From an uncultured Gemmatimonadales bacterium (GTDB lineage: Bacteria; Gemmatimonadota; Gemmatimonadetes; Gemmatimonadales; GWC2-71-9): a stretch of 64,000 nucleotides of DNA. The stretch lies in contig CAWJIM010000002.1 of NCBI GenBank assembly GCA_963842945.1, positions 297,431-361,430 of the forward strand, given 5' to 3'. Shown piece by piece: positions 46,885 through 61,445 of the stretch. The position numbers and the translations under genes were made by a program. A model generated the notes under the pieces. That model searched no databases, was not told the origin of the DNA, and saw only the letters and a program-made list of their open reading frames with translations. Each line of letters starts with the position of its first letter. The first letter of the stretch is position 1.

Positions 46885-48012
46885 TTAGCCGTCACGCTGC
46901 GTCTGCTCCCAGCGCTCGGTGTAAAACCTGAACACGTGCATGAAGTCTTGGGCATTGGTCACAACACCGTACGCCTGGTGAGTTCCGCGGTCACGCAGTT
47001 TGTTGACGACAAACTCGGTCTGATCGACGCAGATAGTCATCAGCGGAAGCGGCGCCCCATCGCAGAGATAAAACGCAGGCAGCATGTTCCCGACGGCAAT
47101 GGCATGGAGCGCGGTGGCGACAAAGATGGCACCGGTGGCCTTGACCGTGTGCTCCCGCATGGCGTCCTGCGCAGCGAGGTTGTCGCTGTAGACGCCAGGG
47201 AGGGGACCGTCGTCGCGGATGGAGCCGGCGAGCACGTAGGGGATCCGCTTTGTCACCAGCGCGTGCATGATCCCGCTCTTGATCAGCCCGGTCTCCACCG
47301 CGCGCTCGATGGACCCCGCCGCGCGGACCCGGTTGATGGCGCGCATATGCAGGCCATGGCCGCCCTCGGTGGGCTGGCCGGTGTTGCTCATTCCCAACGT
47401 GGTCCCAAAGATGGCAGCCTCGATGTCGTGCACCGCAACCGCGTTGCCGGCCAACACCGCCTGCACGTAGCCGTTCCGAATGAACCACTCGAAATCGGCC
47501 CGGGCCCGCGAGTGCACCAACGCCGGCCCGACCACCCAGACCAGATACCCTCCCCGCCGCTTTGCCTCCCCTATTTTCGCGGCCAGCTCCTCATAGTTGA
47601 CCGGGCGCTCTCGGCTGACTTCGGTTGCCATGAAGCGAAATTCGTTGGCTCCGTGGCCGCCTCCCAGAAAACCCTGAGCGTGAACCACGATGCCTTCGGT
47701 GCCATCCTCCGCCTCACCCATGGCAATCAGCTCGCCCCGCTTGAGGCGCCGCGGTTCGATTGTCTCCAGTCCCCAACTTCGTTTCACCACCACGCAATCC
47801 ATTCGGGGCCGCGTGGGAGCGAGCCAGGCCCCATTGACCTGGATATACGTCGGCAGGTTGGAAGTCGAGAAAAAGCCTTCGGGCAACACGCCGTCGGCCG
47901 GGAGGGGCGCGAACCGCGCTTCCGGTGCGCCGGCGAACGGCGGTTGACTGAAATCGGGCATTGTTCCGGGAGCAGGAGGCGCGTGCATACGCGGGTGAAG
48001 GTAGGGGGGCAT
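46885..48012 (-). CDS. TIGR00300-like (LOR/SDH-domain; ornithine cyclodeaminase-like) protein
   Basis: DGVLPEGFFSTSN, FRFMATEVSRERP, AGNAVAVHDIE, LAGSIRDDGPLP, KLRDRG. Confidence 0.85.
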   Translation of the reverse strand: MPPYLHPRMHAPPAPGTMPDFSQPPFAGAPEARFAPLPADGVLPEGFFSTSNLPTYIQVNGAWLAPTRPRMDCVVVKRSWGLETIEPRRLKRGELIAMGEAEDGTEGIVVHAQGFLGGGHGANEFRFMATEVSRERPVNYEELAAKIGEAKRRGGYLVWVVGPALVHSRARADFEWFIRNGYVQAVLAGNAVAVHDIEAAIFGTTLGMSNTGQPTEGGHGLHMRAINRVRAAGSIERAVETGLIKSGIMHALVTKRIPYVLAGSIRDDGPLPGVYSDNLAAQDAMREHTVKATGAIFVATALHAIAVGNMLPAFYLCDGAPLPLMTICVDQTEFVVNKLRDRGTHQAYGVVTNAQDFMHVFRFYTERWEQTQRDG

Positions 48013-48079
48013 ACGAGGGTATTCAAGCGTATCGGACCGAATAGAAGAGTGTAGCTTTCCGGCAAACGAGGAGACTGGC

Positions 48080-50203
48080 ATGCCGCAATGGAATGTGGGG
48101 TTGTTTGGGTTGGGCCTTGCGCTTCTGACTGCGACTTCTGTGGCTGTGGCGCAGGAACCGACCGCGCCCGACACGGTGTATCGCGATTCCCTGCCCGCCC
48201 GCGAGCTTCCGGAGATCACCGTAACCCGCGCGCCGGAGCCGCTGGACCGGGTGCCCTACGCGGTCGGAGTTCTGGACAAGAACGCGTTGCAACGAGGCCA
48301 GCAAACCATAGGAGTGGACGAGGCGCTCAACAATCTACCCGGGGTGGTGGTCGCCAACCGGTACAACTACTCGTTGGACCAGCGCATCTCCATCCGCGGG
48401 TTTGGCAGCCGGTCGAACTTCGGGGTACGGGGCCTCAAGATCCTGCTGGACGGGGTTCCTCAAACCTTGCCTGACGGGCAGAGCCAGCTGACGAATGTCG
48501 ACTTTGCCAACATCGCCAGGGCAGAAGTATTGCGGGGCGCCAGCTCCTCGCTCTATGGCAATGCATCGGGCGGAGTCATCTCTTTCCAGACGGAGGGAGC
48601 GGCGCCCGGCCCGTTCGCCCAGCGAGTGAGAGTGCAAGGCGGGAGTGGGAAGGGCGAGGAGGACAATTTCTATAAGTGGCAGAGTTGGACCTCGGGCCGC
48701 AGCGGAAGCATCAGCGGTACGCTCTCACTCTCCCAATTCAAGGCGGACGGCTTCCGCCAGCATAGCTCCGCCGAGTTCCGCCAGCTGAACGGAGGGGCCG
48801 ATTATGCCATCAGCGGCTCCACCCTGGCCACCCTCCGCCTGAGCCTGGCCGACAACCCCGAGGCGGAGAATCCGGGAGCCCTTACCGCATCCGAATACGC
48901 GGCCAATCCTGATTCCGCGGCGGCCAGCAATATCCGTCGGGGCGCGGACAAGGATGCCCAGCAGTATCAGCTCGCGCTGGGACTCCGGCATTTCGACGCC
49001 GGGGGCAATGAGTACCAGGCAACACTATTTGGCCTCCTCCGCGATCTGGCCAACCCGCTCGCCGCTCCGCCTTTTGACGGCGCGCCTCCCACGGCCGGCA
49101 CCTACGTCGCCATCGACCGCGGGGTCGGCGGAGTCCGAGGCAGCCTCAACCATCGGCTCGGCCAGGGCGAACGTGCCCCGCGCCTCACCGCGGGAGCCGA
49201 CCTGCAGAAGATGCGAGACGACCGGCAGAATTTCGTCTCGGACGCGGGTCAACAAACCGCCACCGTTTTGCTGGACCAACGGGAGCAGGTTACCGAGCTG
49301 GGTCCGTTCGCGCAGATCCAGTGGAACCCGCAACAGGAGCTGCTGCTCAGCACCGGTGTGCGATACGATTGGGTCAAATTCACAGTTGATGATCGGTTCA
49401 CCGCCGATGGCAACGACAGCGGGGATCGAACCATGGCGGCCGCCAGCGGAAACGTTGGACTCAGCTGGACCCCGAACGACCGGTTCGTACCCTACTTGAA
49501 TGTCTCCACCTCGTTCGAGACGCCGACGACAACCGAGTTGGTGAACAAGCCCGACGGAACCGGGGGGCTCAATCCCGACCTCGGGCCTCAGCGCGCGGTC
49601 AATTACGAGGTCGGGGCTCGTGGGCAGCCCTGGTCCCGACTGAGCTACTCTGCCGCGCTGTTCCTGGGCCGAATCAGCGACGCCATCGTGCAGGGCCCCG
49701 AGGTGGGCGGGAGGGCCTTCTTCCGCAATGCCGGCAAGACCCACAATGATGGGGCCGAGGTCGGCCTCTCCTTTTCGCCGCTCAAGGAGCTCACTTTGAG
49801 CGGAGCCTACACGTATGCCCGGTACCGTTTTGCCTCAGGTGATTCTCTCGATGGCAACCGGCTGCCGGGCGTGCCCGAACATTTCTGGCGCCTCGGCCTT
49901 CGAACCAGCCTGCCGGCCAACCTCTACGTCGATGCCGACCACACGATCAGCACCTCCATCGCCGCGGACGACGCGAACACGCCGTCACTCTTCATACCTT
50001 CGTATTCGGTAACCAACGCACGGGTGGGATGGGACGGTCAGGTGGGGTCCATGGAGATCGGACCGTTCATAGGGGTCAACAATCTGCTCGACCGAAGGTA
50101 CGTCGGCTCGGTCACCCTGAACGGCGTGGGTGGGCGGGTCTACGAGCCGGCCCCACTGCGGGTCATTTATCTGGGTGCGGAGGTCGGCTACGCGGCGCCT
50201 TAG
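48080..50203 (+). CDS. TonB-dependent receptor (YncD-like)
   Basis: Signal peptide, EITVT TonB box, ISIRGFG, EVLRGASSSLYG, NNLLDRRY. Confidence 0.93.
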   Translation: MPQWNVGLFGLGLALLTATSVAVAQEPTAPDTVYRDSLPARELPEITVTRAPEPLDRVPYAVGVLDKNALQRGQQTIGVDEALNNLPGVVVANRYNYSLDQRISIRGFGSRSNFGVRGLKILLDGVPQTLPDGQSQLTNVDFANIARAEVLRGASSSLYGNASGGVISFQTEGAAPGPFAQRVRVQGGSGKGEEDNFYKWQSWTSGRSGSISGTLSLSQFKADGFRQHSSAEFRQLNGGADYAISGSTLATLRLSLADNPEAENPGALTASEYAANPDSAAASNIRRGADKDAQQYQLALGLRHFDAGGNEYQATLFGLLRDLANPLAAPPFDGAPPTAGTYVAIDRGVGGVRGSLNHRLGQGERAPRLTAGADLQKMRDDRQNFVSDAGQQTATVLLDQREQVTELGPFAQIQWNPQQELLLSTGVRYDWVKFTVDDRFTADGNDSGDRTMAAASGNVGLSWTPNDRFVPYLNVSTSFETPTTTELVNKPDGTGGLNPDLGPQRAVNYEVGARGQPWSRLSYSAALFLGRISDAIVQGPEVGGRAFFRNAGKTHNDGAEVGLSFSPLKELTLSGAYTYARYRFASGDSLDGNRLPGVPEHFWRLGLRTSLPANLYVDADHTISTSIAADDANTPSLFIPSYSVTNARVGWDGQVGSMEIGPFIGVNNLLDRRYVGSVTLNGVGGRVYEPAPLRVIYLGAEVGYAAP

Positions 50204-50216
50204 TCCTGCCTCACCG

Positions 50217-52629
<2,413 letters not shown>

Positions 52630-52633
<4 letters not shown>

Positions 52634-53637
52634 CGCCGCCTGACGCCGAGACCCGGTCCGGTGGGAAGCGTGACTTGCCCTCCGTCGATCCGTGCGCCGG
52701 TAAAAGGGTCTTCGGCCAGGAGCGCGGCACCGTCCAGATCGACAATATCGACCAGCGGAGTGAAATGCGCGGCGGCGGTGATGCCCAGTGAGCTCTCGAT
52801 CATGCAGCCCACCATGACCATGAGGCCATGTGCCCGGGCCACGGCGATCATCCGGAGCGCCTCCCGCAGTCCGCCGCACTTTGCCAGCTTGATGTTGATG
52901 CCGTCCACCTTTCCCACGAGAGGCGGAATATCCACCGCAGTCAGGCAGCTCTCGTCGGCAATCACCGGGATCTCGGCCTGGGCAGTGATGGCGGCGAGAC
53001 CATCGTGGTCGTGGGGCAAGAGCGGCTGTTCCAAAACCGTGACCCCGAATTCCTCGAGCACCGGGAGCATGCGAATCGCTTGTTTCACCGTCCAACCGCA
53101 GTTGGCGTCCACCCGGAGCTCCTTGTCGGTGGCATCACGGATGGCTTCCAGAATCTCCAGGTCACGGTCGGTCCCCAGCTTCACCTTGAGGATGGGGAAC
53201 TCCTCCGCTTCCCGCACCTTGGCCTTGATGCGGTCCGGCGTATCCAGTCCAATCGTGAAGGTCGACTTCGGGGCCTGGCAGGGGTCGAGCCCCCACAGCC
53301 GGTAAAGCGGGATCTGCAGCCGCTTTCCCGCCAGATCGTGCAGCGCGGCGGAGAGCGCAGCGCGCGCGGCCGCGTTGCCCCGCATCTTCGCTTCCCAGCG
53401 ACGCTCCGCATCCTCCAGGGCAAACGGATCCTCCGGAAGCAATTCTCCGTAGACCCGCAGTGCCGCCACCACTGACTCGGCGGTCTCGCCGTAGAACTTG
53501 CTGGGCGCGGCCTCACCCCAGCCTTCTGTCCCGTCGCCGTCGGTGAGACGAACCCACACGGTGCGATAGTCGCTCTGGCCTCCGCGAGCGATGATGAAGG
53601 GGTGTTTGGTGCGAAGCTCCAATACCTCGACATCCAT
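52630..53637 (-). CDS. L-Ala-D/L-Glu dipeptide epimerase (enolase superfamily)
   Basis: LKVKLG, VDAN, EQP, ADES, IKLAKCGG, GCMIES, DLDG. Confidence 0.9.
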
Positions 53638-53733
53638 GCGGAGTGGCTTGGGCACGAGCGATCCTCGAGGGCAGCTGGACGGAAGTGAGTTTGGTTGATT
53701 ATATGGCGGGGCCTGAGGCGGCAACAGGCCGGA

Positions 53734-54640
53734 TTACTGAAGGGCGCGCAGATGCGCTACCGCGCCTTCGGCAATGCGACTGGGAACATAGCCGCCTTCC
53801 AGCAGGCCCACGATGGGAACGTCGGGCAGCCGCGTTCTCAGCCGGTGGGTAAGGTCGGTGTAGTGTTCCGGCTCGAGAGTAAATCCACCGAGAGGATCAC
53901 CGGCCATCGCGTCGAATCCGGCTGAGAGCAGCACCAGCTGCGGATTCCACTGTGCGGTTGCAGCTTCGATTGCCGACCAGAGATCGCTCACATACAGGCT
54001 CGGGGGTTTGCCCGGTCCTCTCGGCACGTTGAAGATATTCCCTACCCCCCGTTCGCTGGCGGCGCCGGTTCCGGGATACCACGGGTGTTGATGCAGCGAG
54101 ACATAGCGAATCGATTCGTCGGATTCGACCAGCGCCTGAGTGCCATTACCGTGGTGCACGTCCCAATCGATGATCAACACCCGCTCGCGTCCGGCCCGCT
54201 GGGCATGGCGCGCGGCGACCACAACGTGGTTCACCAGACAAAAGCCCATTCCGCGGGCGGCGAGCGCGTGATGTCCCGGCGGGCGAATCGCCGCGAAGGC
54301 ATGGTGATTACGGCTGATTGCCGTGTCGACCGCGGCCAGCGCCGCGCCTGAGGCACCCAGCGCCGCGGCCCAGCTGTCGCCGATTCAGAATCGTGTCCAG
54401 GAAGAGCGCGCCACCGCCGCGCGCGCTCATCGCCTCCAGCGAGCTGAGGTACTGATCGGGGTGGACGGCAAGGAGCTCACGCCGATCCGCCGGTGAAGCT
54501 TCTCGTAACTCGACACCCCGCTCCTGCCGGAGCCGAGCCAAGAGGACGCTGAGGCGAGCCGGCGTCTCGGGGTGATCAGGTCCGGGATCGTGCTTGAGGC
54601 ATGCCGGATGGGTAAAAACGGGGATGATCGAACCGCTCAC
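53734..54640 (-). CDS. Histone deacetylase family (Zn-dependent) protein, one frameshift
   Basis: HPETPARL, RPPGHHA, MGFC, DWDVHHGNGTQ, SAGFD, LEGGY. Confidence 0.93.
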
Positions 54641-54643
54641 CGC

Positions 54644-54889
54644 TCACTTCTCACGCAGAAAGCTTTGCAGTTCTCCGGCTTCCTCCGCGAGCCCCTGGCG
54701 CAGCGCTGCGATGTCGTGCAGCCGGCGCCGATACCACCGCCAGGAGAGCACGACCAGACCAGCAGAGACCAGGCAGACGAGTCCCAGCAGCACAAGCATC
54801 AGCCGGCCACTCCACCAGCCGAAGGCCGCCAGGGCTGTTCCATCGAAGGCCAGAACCACCGCCGCGACGACTGTGAGTAGCCGTGACAT
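54644..54889 (-). CDS. Small 2-TM hypothetical protein with C-terminal helix
   Basis: Two hydrophobic segments, tight spacing to neighbours. Confidence 0.65.
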   Translation of the reverse strand: MSRLLTVVAAVVLAFDGTALAAFGWWSGRLMLVLLGLVCLVSAGLVVLSWRWYRRRLHDIAALRQGLAEEAGELQSFLREK

Positions 54890-54904
54890 CCGAGGCTTCA
54901 CCGG

Positions 54905-55165
54905 TTAGCGCACTGGACGCCGGCGTCGACCCAGGACGATGAGGGCGCCGTTGGGTACCAGTCCCCACTCTGCCGCAGATCGGGACTCATCGGCCAGTTC
55001 TGCGCCGCGAAACTTGAGGACGTAATTGCTGGGATCCCGGGTGACCCGGCTGGCGGCCAGCGCCTGGCGCTTGATCTCGCTCACCGGCGTGGTGGCGGGT
55101 AGCTCCAACATTACTTCATTCCACACGTCTTCAACCATGACGCGCAGGGGGAGGATTCCCGTCAT
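54905..55165 (-). CDS. Ubiquitin-like (beta-grasp, YukD/EsaB-like) small protein
   Basis: Residue pattern aligns by eye with ubiquitin; ATGA overlap with upstream stop; GGAG SD. Confidence 0.7.
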   Translation of the reverse strand: [86 protein letters not shown]

Positions 55166-55434
55166 GCCACGTGCTCCGAGGGGAGCGGGAGGGTGGAAAG
55201 AAAGCGGTCTACCACCTGGTCGAAGAACAAAGTGGACACCCGGATCCGGGTGCCCTGCGGACCGGGCCATACGGCGAATGCGATCTCTTCACCGCCCTGT
55301 CCCCTGAGCGTGAGATAGGTCGGGCCCTCTCGCTCCGGGTACGCGGCAGTCAACGGCACTCGCTCGGCGAAGAACCTTTTGGCCCGCCGCAACACCTCGG
55401 GGCCGTCCAGCGTGGTGACTGTTTCGTACACCAT
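55162..55434 (-). CDS. Small hypothetical alpha/beta protein
   Basis: 90-aa ORF MVYETVTT...; coupled to the ubiquitin-like gene. Confidence 0.7.
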   Translation of the reverse strand: MVYETVTTLDGPEVLRRAKRFFAERVPLTAAYPEREGPTYLTLRGQGGEEIAFAVWPGPQGTRIRVSTLFFDQVVDRFLSTLPLPSEHVA

Positions 55435-55438
55435 AACG

Positions 55439-56593
55439 TTAGCGCCCCTGCGGCACGAAGGATGTGGTGAGGACGGTGATGCCGGTGGGCTGACCGGCGA
55501 TCGGCACACTGCTGACCCGGGTACGTGATTTCAGGTCGACCACGTCAACCGCGCCCGGGTCGATACCGATGGATTCGCAGGAGACGTAGGCAAACCGGCT
55601 GTCGGGCGAATAGGCAATCCCATGAACGATCCGCTTGCTGGTGGGAATCCGGGCAACCTCGGTGAGACCGGCGGCATCGATCACGCTTACGCTCTGGTCC
55701 TTCTTGTTGGTCACCAGGACGAATTTGCCGTCGGGAGAGGGCTCGACGTTGTAGGCCCCTTTGCCTACCGGTATTTCTTTGATTTGCCGGAGAGAGCCCG
55801 CGTCCCAGACCTGCAGGGTGTTCGCCGCATTGCAGGCCACATAGAGCCGTTTGTCATCCCGGGAAACCGAAACGAACGTCGGCGAGCATTCACTCGCTTT
55901 CGAAGCCGTAGCGGAGGCTGCCGGATGGCTGGCGGCAGTGACCGAGGTCATGGCATGGGCGGCACCGGTCTGAGCCCGCCGAGTGAGCGTCAGCGTGGCG
56001 ATCTCCAGCTCCAGGATTTCGTCGCTGTGCATGCAGGACACATAGGCTCTGCTGCCGGCGTGGTTCACCTTTACTCCGTGCGGCATGTCGCACGCCTCGA
56101 GATCGGTGATCTTGGTCATCGTGGGCGTGTGGATCACGGAGATCACGTTGGTCCGGGGATGATCGCCGTGAAAATCCGAGTTGGCCACCAGGGCAAGCTG
56201 ACCGTCGGGCGTGAGACTCACGGTAGTGGGGAAGAGCTCGACCTGCGATTTCCCCAGGATCGAATCATTCCGGGTGTCCAGCTTCCAGAGACTTCCGAAC
56301 GGTGTGCCGTGCGCTACGGTGATGTAGTAGCTCTTCCCGTCAGGCGCCACCGTGATGTTGTGGGGGCCGTCGATGTCGGACGGCATGACGCCAATCGGTA
56401 CGATTCGCTCCGGCATCAGCCGCGAACCCGACGGCGTGAGCCAAGTCGCCATGTCACCGCTCTCGCTTACCACGCCCACGCGATAGGCGGGACCCTGGGC
56501 CGAGGAGGGTGCGGCCGAGAGGCAGATGAACAGGGCGCCAAGGCCTGTTGAGGCCTTCAGTTGATACTTTAGTCTACGCGACGTAAGTCTCAT
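55439..56593 (-). CDS. YncE/YVTN beta-propeller exported protein
   Basis: Repeated P-H/x-x-x-x-x-PDG-x-x-Y-V blades; signal-like N-terminus. Confidence 0.88.
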   Translation of the reverse strand: MRLTSRRLKYQLKASTGLGALFICLSAAPSSAQGPAYRVGVVSESGDMATWLTPSGSRLMPERIVPIGVMPSDIDGPHNITVAPDGKSYYITVAHGTPFGSLWKLDTRNDSILGKSQVELFPTTVSLTPDGQLALVANSDFHGDHPRTNVISVIHTPTMTKITDLEACDMPHGVKVNHAGSRAYVSCMHSDEILELEIATLTLTRRAQTGAAHAMTSVTAASHPAASATASKASECSPTFVSVSRDDKRLYVACNAANTLQVWDAGSLRQIKEIPVGKGAYNVEPSPDGKFVLVTNKKDQSVSVIDAAGLTEVARIPTSKRIVHGIAYSPDSRFAYVSCESIGIDPGAVDVVDLKSRTRVSSVPIAGQPTGITVLTTSFVPQGR

Positions 56594-56605
56594 AGTCCCA
56601 ATTGG

Positions 56606-57946
<1,341 letters not shown>

Positions 57947-58184
57947 TGCATCGGTGCCAGAGTAAGAGGTAAGTCCGCGGGGAAGATAAGCATACGACGA
58001 TGTCAGGGAAGCGCGGCAGTTCCAGCAAATTTCCACGCACCGGCAGAGGAGATCGCTGACCCTGGGAGTGGTCCGCGAGTTCAACCCACAGCGGCTCAGC
58101 TACTTACACCTGCTCCCTTCAAGGGCTCGGAACTTGCCCCCTGCCCCACCCCCGAGCCTCTACCTCGGTCCACGAGGGACGCCG

Positions 58185-60291
58185 ATGCCCCGAAAATCCC
58201 GCTCTGCGCGCCGGCCGCGAGAGACACCCGGCAAGGAGGGTCCCGCAGTCGCCGGCTCCAGGCGGACGATCCGGGGCCGTCTCGACCCTCCCGCGGGAGC
58301 TAGCGGACTTCCTGGTGGAGTTCTCGATCGTTCTGCACAAACGCTCCATGTATCCACCCGGCCATCCCCATCTCTCCGACTCGGCCGATCGCTTCGTCCG
58401 CCGGATGACCCTCCTGCTGGAGACGCACGAGTCGGTGAGCCTCGGCGTGGCCCGCCACCGCCTCGTCATCGACAATGTGACCACCGACGCGAATAACGCG
58501 CTGCTCCGCGACCTGGCCCACCGCCTCCACCGGCACCGGATCGCGTCGGTACACCTCAGTCGAGGCGCCACACTGGGTGAGATCGAGGACCTGCTCAATG
58601 CCTTGAGCAGTGACCCTCAGCGGGGTGAAGGACCGGTCGGAAAGCGGTTGGATAGCCTGGGCTCCTGGAATCACATCCGCTTGAGGCCGGTGGGCTATGA
58701 TCGCTTCGAGCTGCGCGACATCGGGGAAAACGATGGCGCAGCGAGCGAGGAGACCACTCCCCGGGACAGCTGGGTTGAGCTGGCCCAGTTGGCTCTGGCC
58801 ACGGAAACCACCGGTGACAAGTTCGACGCCGATCCGTTGGTTGTCGCTCAGGCCATCGAACGCAAATCGGGAGAAGTGGCCTACGAGCGGGTGGTGCTGG
58901 GCTACCTCGCCCGCGTTGCCGACGAGATGTCGCGCCGCCGAGGCGGTGCCCAGGATCAGCTCGCGCTCCGCATCTCAAAGCTGATTGGAGCCCTGGATCC
59001 GGAGACGCTGCGCCGGTTGCTGGAGGCGAGCGCGGATGGCGCGGAGCGGCGCCAGTTCGTGCTCAATGCCTCACAGATCCTCGCGGCCGACGCGGTCATG
59101 GAGGTGGTCGAAGCGGCCGCCAACGTGTCGCATCAGACCATCTCGCACAACCTGCTCCGGCTGCTCCACAAGCTGGCGCACCATGCCGAAGCCGGACTTC
59201 CCGCAATCCGCGCGGAAGCTGATGGTGCCCTCCGCCGGAACGTGGCTCGCCTGATCGGCGATTGGGAGCTGGAGGATCCGAACCCGTCTGAGTACAACGA
59301 GATTCTCGAGGGGATGGTGCGGCGCGCGTCGACCGAATTCTCCGTGGTCAATCTTCAGATCGGCTGTGACCCCGAGGTTATCGTCAAGATGGCCCTCGAG
59401 CTGGACTGTGTAGGGCCCCCGGTCCATGCCGCCTTGGACACCCTGCTCTCTTGTCGTGAGCTGGTGAGGATTGCCAATTATCTCGAGACTGGTCCACAGA
59501 CCAAAGCCACGCAGCAGATCTGGGACTACGTGGCCACGCCGCAACGGCTGGAGTTCGAGCTGGCCGCGTCGCCCCTCGATCCGGAGGCGGTGGGGATCCT
59601 GGTCGAACGAATTGGGACCGACGCGGCCGGGTCTCTCCTCGATCGTCTTGCCAGTGCCCCCGACCGATCGACTCGCGCCGCCATTATGAAACAGCTGCTC
59701 GCATTGGGGCCTGCCTCCGGAAAAGCGGCCGTGACCCGCCTGCCCAATGCACCCTGGTTCCTGCAACGAAACATTCTGGTGCTGCTGGGTCGGCTGGGAG
59801 CCTGGCCCGAGGGATTTTCGCCCGAAGAGTATGCGGCCGATGCCGACCCGCGGATACGGCGGGAAGCGATCAAGATGATGCTCGACTCAGCGGCGCACCG
59901 GGTCGCGGCGATCACGCAAGGGCTGAACGATGCCGATGACGGTATCGTCGGTCTGGCCCTGTCCTCGGCGCTCGACTCCTGTCCTCCGGCAGCCATGGGT
60001 CACCTGGAGCGCATCGCCGCCGACCCCAGGAGGCCGGCCGAAGCCCGCGTCCTGGCCATTCGAACCATTGCCCGGAGCGGGCGTCGCACAGCCCTCCATC
60101 TCCTGCACGACCTCGCCTTGCCGCCCCGCCGGTGGCTTCGTCGCCGGCTCGCGCCGAAATCCCCCGAACTGCTGGCTGCCCTCTCCAGTCTGGCGTTTCA
60201 CTGGCAGGAGGATCCGATTGCTGCAGACGCCCTAACGCTGGCGAGACAGCACTCTGATCCAGAGATCCGGGCGGCGGCCGGCAGCCCATGA
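58185..60291 (+). CDS. HEAT-repeat protein with N-terminal YPPGHP domain (start uncertain; intact ORF from 58315)
   Basis: C-terminal PWFLQRNILVLLG, DPRIRREA, DPEIRAAA HEAT-like units. Confidence 0.8.
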
Positions 60292-61445
60292 CCGACCCGG
60301 TCCGGTTTCTCGCCGCGTTCTCCCAGGCCCTCTCGACGGTAGGGCTCTACGGAGACGACCATCCGGTCACCGCTCGCAGCATAGCGGCCGCTTTCGAGCG
60401 ATTGCAGGAGCTGCAGGGATCGAGCGCCCAAGCTCCAGTTCACCTTTTTACCCGGTGAGGTGCTGTTCGGCTCGGAATCGGTTCCCGAGCTCGAGGGGTG
60501 GGAGTGGTCGAGTCGGTTCATCCATGCAGGGATCGAGCGTGTCGAGTTCACCGCCACAGTGACGCTGGAACACCTCGAGCGTTTTCTGACCCAGCTGGCC
60601 GTGCGCCTTGGAATCCGGAGTGGATCGAGTGCCGATCTGTGGCAGATGGGAGAGTCGGAGATCCGATTCGGCCTGGTGACACTGGGGAGCAGGTCCCTCG
60701 CCGGTCCCACTGAAGGCCAGCTGCCGGTGGTGACCTTGAGCTATAGTCTGCGGGAGGAGAAAGAGACCGTCGACTGGCTGCACCAGGAGATCCAGGGTGG
60801 GGCCAAGCTCCCGATCGTCGAGGCCGACGCGGTTGTCCGCTCGCTATCCATCGCCATGCACGCCGAGCAGGCGATGGTCCTTCCACTGCTGGAGCTCAAG
60901 GAGTTCGACCAGTATACCACAACGCATTCGATGAACGTGTCGGTGCTCGCCATGGCTCTGGGCGAGTTTCTGGAACTGGGCGGAGCCACGGTCCGAGCGC
61001 TCGGCGTGGCGGGACTGCTGCACGACTTGGGCAAGGTGTGTATCCCGCGGGACATTCTGATCAAGCCAGGCAAGCTCAGCGAGACGGAGCGGAATGTTGT
61101 CCGCGACCATCCGGTGGTGGGCGCCCGAATGCTTCTGGCGAGTCCGGACCCGATGCACCTCGCGGCCATCGTGGCGTACGAGCATCACATCATGCTCGAC
61201 GGCGGAGGTTATCCAACTCTGCACGACGCCAGAGGCGCCCAGTACGCCAGCCGCCTGGTGCACATCTGCGACGTCTACGATGCGCTGACGGACCAATCGG
61301 CCCTACCGTGAGGCCTGGGAGTCCGAGCGAGCCATCGCTTACATCGAGAGCCGGGCGGGAGTGGAGTTCGACCCGTCCATTGCTCAGATCGTTCATCGCC
61401 ATGATGCGGAAATGGGATCGCCGGGTGGCGCTGGTGCCGGTGTGA
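60288..61445 (+). CDS. HD-GYP domain phosphodiesterase (frameshifted)
   Basis: YTTTHSMNV, LHDLGK, HPVVG, EHHIMLDGGGYP, DVYDAL, EFDP; ATGA overlap with HEAT gene. Confidence 0.9.
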
